From Candidatus Bathyarchaeota archaeon (GTDB taxonomy: Archaea > Thermoproteota > Bathyarchaeia > 40CM-2-53-6), in contig CAVTBR010000001.1 of assembly GCA_963733055.1 (NCBI GenBank), positions 1,408,001-1,472,000 of the forward strand: DNA of 64,000 bases. Direction: 5' to 3'. Positions 51,002-60,250 of this stretch are shown here, piece by piece (position 1 is the first letter of the stretch; every line of letters starts with the position of its first letter). The translations under genes and the position numbers were made by a program. The notes beneath the pieces are model-generated. The model worked only from the letters and a program-made list of their open reading frames with translations. It searched no databases and was not told the DNA's origin.

Positions 51002-52420
51002 ATGTCGACGTTAACGCTAACCCAAGCAACCGACCAATACATCCGCTCACTTGCAGAATCTAGGAAGGAACCGGATTGGTTGCGAGAATTCCGTCTCAAG
51101 TCACTCGACCTCTTCCGAAAGCTACCGGCTGAAACTTCCAACCTTTACACCAAGTACGTGGACTTGGCTGGAGTAGATTTCGAATCTACAACGCTAACTC
51201 CTACCGAGCCTTCGAAAGCCCAAATCGAAACAGTCATGGACAAGCTGAAATCCGACAGAGCTCTCACCATATTTCAGATCGAATCGAAAACCTTCCCCGC
51301 CGACATACCCGAAGCCCTCCGAAAGGAAGGCGTAACATTCACCGACATAGGCACCGCGATTCGCAACGAACCCGAACTCTTCCGCCGCTACTTCCTTGAG
51401 AAAGCAATACTACCAGAGGAAGACAAGTTCGCCGCGTTGAATAATGCCCTCTTCACATCCGGGTTCTACCTGCGCGTGCCTAAGGGCATTGAGGTAACCG
51501 TCCCATTCAGATGCGTAACCATACTTGACGCTGAACGACACGGGACTTTCGCCCAGAACCTTGTAATGGCGGAAAACCGGAGCAAGTTCACGGTTCTCGA
51601 AGAATTATACTCAACGCGTCTGACCGCCCAATCGGAGAAATCAACCTACAGCGGCCTCTCGGAAGTGCACCTCCACGAAGGGGCAGAGGTTACTTACGGG
51701 AGCATCATGAATCTCGGCCAAAGCGTAAACGTGTTCTCGAACAAGAAGTCGATCGGGAAACAGGACAGCAAGATGGTGTGGTCCTCAGGGCTGTTGGGTG
51801 GTGCGTTTACACGTTCTCGAGTTGAGAGCGTAATGAAGGAATCGGGCGCGTCGTCTGAGAATGTTGAGGTTGTGTTTGGTGCTGGGACGCAGCGGTTCGA
51901 TACGGTTTCGAACATAACGCATAGCGGACCAAACACGAGCGGCCACGCCATCTCGAAAGGAGTGGTGAAGGATAAGTCTAGGGCGATCTTCAAGGGCATG
52001 ATTAGGATAAACAACAACGCCAAGAACTCTCGGGCCTACCTCGCGGAACACGCAATGATACTCGGCAAAGACGCTCTCGCTGATGCCATACCCGGGCTTG
52101 AAATTGACACTAATGACGTGAAGGCCACACACTCGGCGTCGGTTGCGCAGATCAATGAGGAAGAAATCTTCTACCTCATGTCCCGAGGCCTATCGGAAGA
52201 TGACTCGAAGAAACTCATCATAGTTGGATTCTTCGAACCAATAGTCGAACGAATCCCCGTACCCGAAATCGCAAAACGCATCCGCCGCATCCTCGACCTA
52301 AAGTGGTCCGGAATCTACGACTTCGCCTCCTCCCTGAACGTACCGCCGTTCGACGACGAATACTACGAAGAAGGACACAAAACCAGAGACATATTCGAAG
52401 GACACTACAAATACCGCTAG
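51002..52420 (+). CDS. sufD: Fe-S assembly protein SufD
   Basis: DKFAALN, PGLEI.TNDVKATHSA, FYLMSRG. Confidence 0.92.
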   Translation: MSTLTLTQATDQYIRSLAESRKEPDWLREFRLKSLDLFRKLPAETSNLYTKYVDLAGVDFESTTLTPTEPSKAQIETVMDKLKSDRALTIFQIESKTFPADIPEALRKEGVTFTDIGTAIRNEPELFRRYFLEKAILPEEDKFAALNNALFTSGFYLRVPKGIEVTVPFRCVTILDAERHGTFAQNLVMAENRSKFTVLEELYSTRLTAQSEKSTYSGLSEVHLHEGAEVTYGSIMNLGQSVNVFSNKKSIGKQDSKMVWSSGLLGGAFTRSRVESVMKESGASSENVEVVFGAGTQRFDTVSNITHSGPNTSGHAISKGVVKDKSRAIFKGMIRINNNAKNSRAYLAEHAMILGKDALADAIPGLEIDTNDVKATHSASVAQINEEEIFYLMSRGLSEDDSKKLIIVGFFEPIVERIPVPEIAKRIRRILDLKWSGIYDFASSLNVPPFDDEYYEEGHKTRDIFEGHYKYR

Positions 52421-52485
52421 TGGGTTAAGAGCGGCGAAACCCCGGAAGCCTGTACGGGCCGAAACGTAGGTTCCTACCAACAAGT

Positions 52486-52505
52486 TCGATCGATTAATCG
52501 ATCGA
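52486..52505. repeat. Perfect 20-bp palindrome at the left edge of the AT-richer island
   Basis: TCGATCGATTAATCGATCGA. Confidence 0.75.
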
Positions 52506-52626
52506 TCTCTGGTCATGTTTCGTTTTAGTGTGTGTGCGGTCTAGTGGTGTCCGGATGTGACTGTCCAAAGAGGAGAACTGTTGCTCGAAACGTTGGAGCG
52601 AATTGAAAATGATCACCGGACTGAGG

Positions 52627-53148
52627 CTACGTCGTCCCTTGCCTTTTGAACCAGAACAATGTGACCAACAGGCACATTAATGCTAGAAACGTAAGTTCTG
52701 TTGGGAATCCTCCACTGACTATCCACATAACTACGTAAACGAGGATTTCTGTGATGATTAGTGCCGCGATGAATATAGTTCCTGTTGCGAAGAACGTTTT
52801 GCCGAGACGTCTACAAAACTTGGCAATCACGGGCCCGTAGATATCTTCCGATAGCCCTATCGCCATCACTACTACGTACAGAATCCAGAAGGCCAAAAGA
52901 AAATCCAGAAGACTAAGTATCGGAAATCCGAATAGCGTTGCTGTTTCTAGTTGGGCTCTTACCGCAACAAGAGCGGCTATTGCGCCAATCGCAAAAATGC
53001 CGCGCACCTCTTCGCTTCGCGACCGCACTTCGCTCCGGAGCCTCTCGACTTCGCGACTGAGATCTCGAAGCTCTTTCTCTTCTAGGGTAGCATGCCTTCT
53101 AATGCGCTGCCCGATCGAGTAGCCCCGAGCCCTAGCTGGCAAACGCAA
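52627..53148 (-). CDS. Hypothetical membrane protein
   Basis: N-terminal coiled coil followed by about four TM segments. Confidence 0.7.
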   Translation of the reverse strand: MRLPARARGYSIGQRIRRHATLEEKELRDLSREVERLRSEVRSRSEEVRGIFAIGAIAALVAVRAQLETATLFGFPILSLLDFLLAFWILYVVVMAIGLSEDIYGPVIAKFCRRLGKTFFATGTIFIAALIITEILVYVVMWIVSGGFPTELTFLALMCLLVTLFWFKRQGTT

Positions 53149-54075
53149 CTAGCCTTGCATTTTCTTGAAAATTATAGAGATTAAGAGTAACACCACAACA
53201 ACAAAGGCTATCGTAATCAGACTAGCAGATGTTGTAATCTGCTGCCACAAGGAAGGGTTTACGGTCAAAGCTTGTGCGCTAGTCGCTGTTTTTTGGTTGG
53301 ATGATGACACCTGAAGAAAGATTGAGTAGGAGCCCGCTGTTTGCGGTACAAATGTCCAACTCACCGTTGCAGATTGACCGCGAGGGATGTCCCCAAGAAG
53401 CTGCGAAGCTTGGCCATTAGTAATCGTAACACTCGGAGGCACTTGTATGGTTGCGTTGACGTTAACGACCGGCGCGGTACCCTGGTTGTTGATAACGGCT
53501 GTGGCGGTAACAGTATCCCCAACGGTTGGGTTCGAGGTGCTAAGCATGAAGCTTGAGATCATCAGAAGCGGCTGTGCGACTACTTTCACTTGCATCGCGT
53601 TTTCGGGTTTCAGGGTCGTATCAAACACAATATCTGGCGACTGCCCGAGTCTGCCCCAAAATGGGGCTGGATCTGAAAAACTCAGCGCGAGGAGATTGAC
53701 AACGTACACTTCTCCCTCTTGGACAGATGATGGTGCATTGATCGTAAAGTTCTCGTCCCGGACATCCCCCGGACTTAATGAATTGATATGAATATGACCG
53801 CCACTGACGGTCAGCGGCGTTCCCGGTTCAACCTGCAAGTCGAAATCGTAGACTTGTTTTTGAACCGTTATTTCGATGGACAAACTGATCTGGCCTCCGG
53901 GCTGGATGGAATTTGCAGACAGATAGTAGTTGAGAGTCCAAGCTGGAGTGGTAGCCGTATTTGCTTTGGCCACAGCAACCACATATCTGCTGTTGCAGAG
54001 CATAACTAGGAGAAGACATATCGGCAGAGCCCTCAAAGTAGGGCTGCTCATCCCACTTTCATGATGTGTTTTCAA
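53149..54075 (-). CDS. CARDB/NEW3-like Ig-domain surface protein with C-terminal TM
   Basis: Signal peptide, VGDTVT.TA.I.NQGT...LGDIPRGQS..V.W, TM plus KK. Confidence 0.8.
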   Translation of the reverse strand: MKTHHESGMSSPTLRALPICLLLVMLCNSRYVVAVAKANTATTPAWTLNYYLSANSIQPGGQISLSIEITVQKQVYDFDLQVEPGTPLTVSGGHIHINSLSPGDVRDENFTINAPSSVQEGEVYVVNLLALSFSDPAPFWGRLGQSPDIVFDTTLKPENAMQVKVVAQPLLMISSFMLSTSNPTVGDTVTATAVINNQGTAPVVNVNATIQVPPSVTITNGQASQLLGDIPRGQSATVSWTFVPQTAGSYSIFLQVSSSNQKTATSAQALTVNPSLWQQITTSASLITIAFVVVVLLLISIIFKKMQG

Positions 54076-54116
54076 TTGGAATCACGTACATTATGATCCT
54101 AAATGTATACAACGAT

Positions 54117-54164
54117 GTTTCGGAACTCTTTTCAGAAACAAGTTCCGGAACATTATTCCGGAAA
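54117..54164. promoter_or_regulatory. Four tandem NTT(C/T)C(G/A)GAA boxes between divergent genes (putative operator)
   Basis: GTTTCGGAAC 54117, TTTTCAGAAA 54129, GTTCCGGAAC 54142, ATTCCGGAAA 54155. Confidence 0.5.
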
Positions 54165-54166
54165 CT

Positions 54167-54586
54167 TTGACTAAGCATAGTCGTTCGGAGAAGCTAAGGA
54201 ACATTTTGGATTTATTTCGGCTAGACGAGACCGATTTCAACGATTTCAGAAGGAGAGCTCTTGACGGACGCCTAACCGAATCTGATTGGAATAGAGTGAA
54301 AGAATATCTCCCAACATACAGAGAAGAACCACTTCCCCTGAGTGATAACCTGGTGAGGGATAAGGCAAAACTCGGAAGCAAGGAGGCGAAAAAGTACATC
54401 GAGTATCTGCTTCGTCAGCAGTACTTACAACGCAATGCAGAAGAAGAGCTTGAAATAACGTCTCAAGGAATAGTCTTCCATGATCAGTTGGTTAAGCACC
54501 TTAGCACCGACGTGGCCCTAAAACTAAGGCAACTAGACGAATATCTGAGTATGAAGAATACTGGAGCGTCCGACAGCCATGACTGA
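54167..54586 (+). CDS. Hypothetical protein, possible winged helix
   Basis: IEYLLRQQYL...LEITSQG wing-like motif. Confidence 0.6.
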   Translation: MTKHSRSEKLRNILDLFRLDETDFNDFRRRALDGRLTESDWNRVKEYLPTYREEPLPLSDNLVRDKAKLGSKEAKKYIEYLLRQQYLQRNAEEELEITSQGIVFHDQLVKHLSTDVALKLRQLDEYLSMKNTGASDSHD

Positions 54587-55376
54587 ATTCGAAACAGTGG
54601 CTAAATTGCTCAGTCAAGTAACGCGTAGCCTGAGAGTTGGCATTCTCGTTGCAGGCGCGATCGTTGGCTCATCATTGTTCGCCGTTCTGACCGACTTTAT
54701 CGATCAGATCGACATCGCACAGATCACTCTGCGAAACCCCAGATGTTGCGAATTCGTTGGAGCGGGACCTGAGCGTTATGTCTCAGCGGCTATCGTAGGT
54801 GTTGCCTTAATTGTCTTACTAATTATTGGCTACACGGTATGTTCATCCTTTCTCAAGGAAATCAGGCTACTCTTGAGAATTAACAATAGACTCACCCGCG
54901 ACATGGAAAACACGCAATATCCCGGAAAAACCTCTCGTCGACATATTTCGAGCGAAGAGATGCTATATCGATCCTATCAATCACAAGTAGTATACAAGCT
55001 CAGGGATTTCTCACTAATATTGATCTGCTCATTTCTACTCGTGGCCGTTCCTGCTCTTGTATGGGTATTCATTCCAGTCTATCAAGGCATAGTTACTGCT
55101 CAACAGCTGCAACGCTTTGGTTTGCTAGGGAGCACTGCGATTTTGGACCCGATTCTGTTCGAAGGCACGATCAGATTTTACGTGTTTCAACTGGTAAACT
55201 ACGGACTGGCCGTGTTTCTCAATACCTTGTTGGTCGTTTGGTCAATGCAGAATATTGTTAAGGCTTTTAGAATTAACAATATCGTCTCTCCAGCAGAAGA
55301 TACGAGCATTCAACCAGTCTCGGAACTCGATGCTCACTTCCGAGTGCTTCGAAGACATGCAAGGAAGACCGTCTGA
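54579..55376 (+). CDS. Hypothetical 4-TM membrane protein
   Basis: Four hydrophobic segments; overlaps the upstream stop. Confidence 0.7.
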   Translation: MTEFETVAKLLSQVTRSLRVGILVAGAIVGSSLFAVLTDFIDQIDIAQITLRNPRCCEFVGAGPERYVSAAIVGVALIVLLIIGYTVCSSFLKEIRLLLRINNRLTRDMENTQYPGKTSRRHISSEEMLYRSYQSQVVYKLRDFSLILICSFLLVAVPALVWVFIPVYQGIVTAQQLQRFGLLGSTAILDPILFEGTIRFYVFQLVNYGLAVFLNTLLVVWSMQNIVKAFRINNIVSPAEDTSIQPVSELDAHFRVLRRHARKTV

Positions 55377-55520
55377 AGTGTGGTATCATTGGTGCGGCTG
55401 TTCAGAATCGGACCACCGTCTCCTCCTTTGAAGGTGTGTGCGCACACCAAGGGATACTAAGGATACCACATTTTCTCAGCTTCACTAGCTTAATCTATAC
55501 TGCAAGCGCTAAATCATGGC

Positions 55521-57521
55521 ATGCGACTAGAATCAATTCGGACGCAAAACTACAAATCCATAATTGATTCAGGGACAGTTGAAATCGAGTCAGATATTAC
55601 AGCCCTCGTTGGAATGACCGGATCTGGGAAGACGTCATTTTTGGAGATGACCTCCGGGCTCGCTCCCGAAAAAGTCTTCCACGAGACTGAACTCCCCAAT
55701 GGATCGGATACAAAACAAAAATTTTCGAACGGCGAGTTAAGAGCCAGCGACATTCTTCAGCTATCTGCTATTTTTAGGATCGAGACTACGGATGGAATGC
55801 TGTTGCCGGAAGAATTTCGAGGCGTAGATAAAATTGAGATTAACCGGTACTTTGATGGACACTTCGAAATCAAGACAATGAAGGGTTCCATCAAGCAAGG
55901 ATCGATAACTCTAGAGCCTTTCAACACCAGAATTAGTACTATTCTTCAAAACACCAAGAACGACTTTACCAGCGCAGCCCCCAGGGTGCCGAATCTAGCA
56001 CAACAACAGGCCACATACTTCAAAGCAATTGATGATTTCTCTCAGACCAATCTAGCGAACCTCAAGGAACTTGATCTATCGTTGCAAACGGTGAGGAATG
56101 CAATGAACGGGATACCGAAGGATGGACCTTACCAGAACGAACTTAACCAAAGATTGTCTGAATTGCAAGCCCTACGCAACGAGATCTCTACCGCACTTGA
56201 ACAAGATCCCGTAAAAAAGCTACTAGATGTTATCCCAAAACCTGCCTACAAACGAGATGTCTTCGAGCTTGCTGACAAAATGTCATTAGACGAGTTTATC
56301 AGCAAACCAGAGAGTTCGAAGACTTTCCATTGTCTCGCCATAATTAGCGGTTTGAAGCCTAGTGGGGTGCAAAGAATTCGGAACGCTCCCAAGGCAGATC
56401 AGGAGGCTTACCTCCGAGTGATATCGAAGAGCCTGAGCGACCAGTTAAACAGTTTTTGGACCCAAGAGGAATATGATTTCCAAGTCGGTATAGGCGGTGA
56501 TCAACTGACTTTAACCGTAGCCGATCGAACAACACACAAGATTACTTCTGTTCTTGACGGAAGCGACGGATTCAAATGGTTTACATCATTCTTCTTAGAA
56601 ATGTCCGCTGACCTATCACTGAAATCGACTGCCGGCATCGTGCTGCTTGATAATCCCGCCACAAGTCTACACGACGAAGGTAAGGCGGATGTTCTGCGAT
56701 TCCTTAACAGCATGGCGGAGTCGGGAAAAATTCAGATTCTATACGCTACTCATGAGCGTCCGTTGGTAGACCCTTGGAGAATAGACCGCATTAGAGTTGT
56801 CGAAAAGAAAGAAGCAGGAACGAAGGTAGAAAGAGTAAGGGGCGACTCGAGATCGGATCTACTTGAGAGAGTAAGGCGAAATATAGGTTCACCCGCCAAG
56901 TACTCTTTGTTTGGGGCCCCCCGGACCGTCGCATTCGAAGGCATTAGCGACATGGATACCATCTCAGCCTTTAATGAATACTTGGAGCAACGAGGTTTGG
57001 CGCACTTACACAAGGATCTATTTTCAATTAATTGTATAAACGGAATAGACGGTGCTCCCGATTTTTGCAGGCTGTTCAAAACTCTAGGAATCGACTTTGT
57101 GATAGTGGTAGATAGCGGTCAGAAGACGCAGGACATCAGACAAAAGGTCCCTGACGAAGATTACAGCAGGCACTTCGTAGAGATCAAAGAGGTGATCGAC
57201 AGGGATGGGGACACCGAGGATCTCCTTGATCCGAACCTATACTATAGAGCGTTCAGGATGGCTTACGAGGACATCCTTGAACAAGTTCCAGAAGTTGAAG
57301 AACTAGATACGCTCGGTAGAAACCGGAAGACAGTAAACAAATACGACGATTGGTTCAGGAATAAGGGGAAGGAATTCAACAAGACCCTGGTCTCTCGACA
57401 AATGTTCAAGCTGCTTATGATGAATTCCAATCGCGATAAATCGGAGCAGGAACTCGTCGATAAATCAGTTGAAAATGTAGTCAAACTGTTTGATATCATA
57501 ACCGGAAGATTCGCACAGTAA
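55521..57521 (+). CDS. OLD-family ABC ATPase-TOPRIM protein
   Basis: NYKSI, GMTGSGKTS, SDGFKWF, LLDNPATSLH, ATH, TOPRIM FEGISD...VVDSG, TEDL. Confidence 0.88.
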   Translation: MRLESIRTQNYKSIIDSGTVEIESDITALVGMTGSGKTSFLEMTSGLAPEKVFHETELPNGSDTKQKFSNGELRASDILQLSAIFRIETTDGMLLPEEFRGVDKIEINRYFDGHFEIKTMKGSIKQGSITLEPFNTRISTILQNTKNDFTSAAPRVPNLAQQQATYFKAIDDFSQTNLANLKELDLSLQTVRNAMNGIPKDGPYQNELNQRLSELQALRNEISTALEQDPVKKLLDVIPKPAYKRDVFELADKMSLDEFISKPESSKTFHCLAIISGLKPSGVQRIRNAPKADQEAYLRVISKSLSDQLNSFWTQEEYDFQVGIGGDQLTLTVADRTTHKITSVLDGSDGFKWFTSFFLEMSADLSLKSTAGIVLLDNPATSLHDEGKADVLRFLNSMAESGKIQILYATHERPLVDPWRIDRIRVVEKKEAGTKVERVRGDSRSDLLERVRRNIGSPAKYSLFGAPRTVAFEGISDMDTISAFNEYLEQRGLAHLHKDLFSINCINGIDGAPDFCRLFKTLGIDFVIVVDSGQKTQDIRQKVPDEDYSRHFVEIKEVIDRDGDTEDLLDPNLYYRAFRMAYEDILEQVPEVEELDTLGRNRKTVNKYDDWFRNKGKEFNKTLVSRQMFKLLMMNSNRDKSEQELVDKSVENVVKLFDIITGRFAQ

Positions 57522-57871
57522 CCTCTGTTGTCGTGAAACCTTGCGTAGCTGGGACAGGCGAAATGTATGTGACATCAATGGTGCTGGCAACTGAATTTGA
57601 ACCCGATTTCTTGCGTGGTCTTCACTTCTGCACTCGAACTGCGCCCTACGATGGTGCGCATAGTCGTCGACCTATTACCGCGGGGAGATTAACCCAGACT
57701 ATTTGGACGATTTCGGAGTCTGGGTTAAGCCCATTTTCGAATCCCGTTCAACATGCTTGAGTAGAAAAACTGTAGCTTGATTAGTCTTCTCACGAGACTA
57801 GAAACGCGATACCACGTATGATTCTTATCTATGCAGATGCATGAGAACAACTAGATCTTTGAGGACTTAAC

Positions 57872-60250
57872 ATGTCGTCCCTATGGGACTATTTACTTCA
57901 AGCAATTTTGTCGTATGTCCCGCTAACTGTTGCTCTAATCACAATCCCATTTGCATATCAATACATTCGTGAGTTGCGCGCAAGAAAATCTCTCGAACAA
58001 GAAGTGAACCGTCTTAAATCGTTGGCAGAATTCAGCGAGCCAGCATCAACTCGAACTTATGGAAAACCGGTAGTGCCCTCTGTTCCTCGGGGGCTAGCTG
58101 TCGTATGTGCAGAGGGTGAATGTGTGCTATTCGCAGGCAGTAAGTTGGGTGCACTGGCAGGTTTGCCCACCTTGCGTGACGTGCTAGCACGAATTGTTGA
58201 GAGGGAGGAAGATGCCGGAGCAGAACGAGATTGGGATACCGTCAGACTGGCGCTCCAAACGGGCGACTTGATAGCGGCTGCTGAACTTATTTCAAACAGA
58301 GTCCCACGGAGTCGCGTCCTTCAAACAGTTAGAGACTTGTACGAACAGCGTGTGGCTGGAATACCGCCTACGTACAGGTCGCTCCAGCGGATTCCGTTTG
58401 CTGCTATTCTCACGACAGCGTGGGATAATCTCCTAGAGCAGGCGTTCCTCGACCGAAAGCCGGTCGTTCTTACAACCAGCGACGCTCCAACGTTCGCTCA
58501 ACTGCTTCGCCAGAATGAATTCATTATTCTGAAGTTGTATGGGGATCTGAAGAATGTGGAGAGTTTCAGTCTTTTTTCTGACGAATTTCGGCAGGGTATT
58601 CTCCGAAAGGAGCCACGGCTCCTTGAGTTCTTGAATTCAATCTGTCGATCCAAGACAATTCTGTTCCTCGGTGCGACATTACAGGAAGTTCGAGATTTTC
58701 TTACCAATTTCACGATTGAGGGGTCTGATCGGAGGCACTTCGCACTGGTTGAAGACCAAGCCGATATTGAAATGCAAAAGAGGCGTTTTCTCTCTAGATA
58801 CAATGTTCAACTCATGAGTTACCGGCCGTCGAGAGGTTCCCCGGAAGTCTCAGAGTTCATTGAGAAACTCGCTTTCGAGGTGCAAGCGAAATTCACGGAA
58901 ACCAAACCACGTGTCAAAATGCGTCCAGCCACACTGGATGAGCTTTCTCTGGAAAACATAGGGCCGTTTGAGAAACTCCAACTCAACCTAAACAGATCGT
59001 GGAATGTAATACTAGGGAATAACGGGTGTGGCAAATCTACATTGCTGAGGGCAATTGCTCTAGGGCTCTGCGGCAACGATGATAGGGCTAGGAGTGCGGC
59101 AGTGCAGCTGTTACGTTCAGGTGCGCAACGAGGATCAATTGAACTAGTCGTTGGAGGAGCAAAGTACAGGACAGAGCTGCTGCGCGAAGGCAACGAAGTA
59201 CGTGTCCGAAGTGACCGGCTGACTCCCCTCCAAACAGGAACGTGGCTTGTTCTCGGATTTCCTGCACTTCGCGGAGTTACAATCCAGGACCCCCGAGGAC
59301 CAACGGGTGATACGCCACGGAATCCAAATGCTGATGACGTGCTTCCGCTGGTTGGGGGAGTTCTTGACACTCGTCTTGATAGCCTCAAACAGTGGCTCGT
59401 GAATGTTCTGTTGCGTTCTGAAGCAGGGGAAGGAATTAGTCGATCCCAAGCTAGGACATACGCGAAATTACGAAGCGCATTCTTTGATCTCTTGAATGAA
59501 CTTACTCCTGGCATTAAGTTGGAGTTCAGCCGGGTTGACCGAAAATCGTGGCAAGTAATGGTCGAAACCATCGACGGAACTGTGCCCATTGACCTAGTAA
59601 GTCTAGGAACGAGCGCTATTATGAGTTGGATAGGGACATGGCTCCAGCGAGTGTACGAAATTTATCCTTCATCAGAAAACCCGACCATGGAACCGGCTCT
59701 TGTAATGATCGACGAGATTGATGCACATATGCATCCAGAGTGGCAGTATCACTTAGCTCCTAAACTAAAACAACTGTTCCCCAATTTGCAGGTTGTTGCA
59801 ACTACTCATTCACCGCTGATAGTTGGAAACCTCGAATCAAACGAAGTTTTCCGTCTCAGCAGGGAACAAACAAACCACCATCTCATACTGGAGAAAATGC
59901 CAGAATCTTTCGAAGGTTGGAGAGCGGATCAGATTCTGACAGGTCCAGCCTTCGGACTAGACACCACTATAGGACAGAGGACGGTGAAGCTAATTGATGA
60001 ATATTCGAGCTTACTTGGAAAGACCAAACGGTCTCCTCAAGAGGACGATAGAGTCAGAACTCTCGAATCGAAACTTGAGAAATCAATTCCGCTGCACCCT
60101 GAAACTGAGGAGGAGAGAGATATCGTCAGGATGATGGAGCAGTGGATGCTTCAGAGACTTCAGGCGGTGCCCGAGGAAAGAAGAAGAAAAATGCTGAAGG
60201 AAATCGAAAGATACCTGCCGCAGATTGGAACCGAAAAGGGGACAGGATGA
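57872..60250 (+). CDS. TM + SIR2-like + ABC ATPase (PtuA/AAA_21-like) fusion protein
   Basis: N-terminal TM; LFAGS..GLPT, ILTTAWD, LKLYGD, LFLGA; then NIGPF, GNNGCGKST, SLG, IDEIDAHMHP.WQ, TTHSP. Confidence 0.9.
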   Translation: MSSLWDYLLQAILSYVPLTVALITIPFAYQYIRELRARKSLEQEVNRLKSLAEFSEPASTRTYGKPVVPSVPRGLAVVCAEGECVLFAGSKLGALAGLPTLRDVLARIVEREEDAGAERDWDTVRLALQTGDLIAAAELISNRVPRSRVLQTVRDLYEQRVAGIPPTYRSLQRIPFAAILTTAWDNLLEQAFLDRKPVVLTTSDAPTFAQLLRQNEFIILKLYGDLKNVESFSLFSDEFRQGILRKEPRLLEFLNSICRSKTILFLGATLQEVRDFLTNFTIEGSDRRHFALVEDQADIEMQKRRFLSRYNVQLMSYRPSRGSPEVSEFIEKLAFEVQAKFTETKPRVKMRPATLDELSLENIGPFEKLQLNLNRSWNVILGNNGCGKSTLLRAIALGLCGNDDRARSAAVQLLRSGAQRGSIELVVGGAKYRTELLREGNEVRVRSDRLTPLQTGTWLVLGFPALRGVTIQDPRGPTGDTPRNPNADDVLPLVGGVLDTRLDSLKQWLVNVLLRSEAGEGISRSQARTYAKLRSAFFDLLNELTPGIKLEFSRVDRKSWQVMVETIDGTVPIDLVSLGTSAIMSWIGTWLQRVYEIYPSSENPTMEPALVMIDEIDAHMHPEWQYHLAPKLKQLFPNLQVVATTHSPLIVGNLESNEVFRLSREQTNHHLILEKMPESFEGWRADQILTGPAFGLDTTIGQRTVKLIDEYSSLLGKTKRSPQEDDRVRTLESKLEKSIPLHPETEEERDIVRMMEQWMLQRLQAVPEERRRKMLKEIERYLPQIGTEKGTG

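Noticed and set aside
52421-52480. Hammerhead ribozyme after sufD (GGCCGAAACGTAGG..CCTAC)
   Set aside because: The CUGANGA core and the NUH cleavage triplet are missing.
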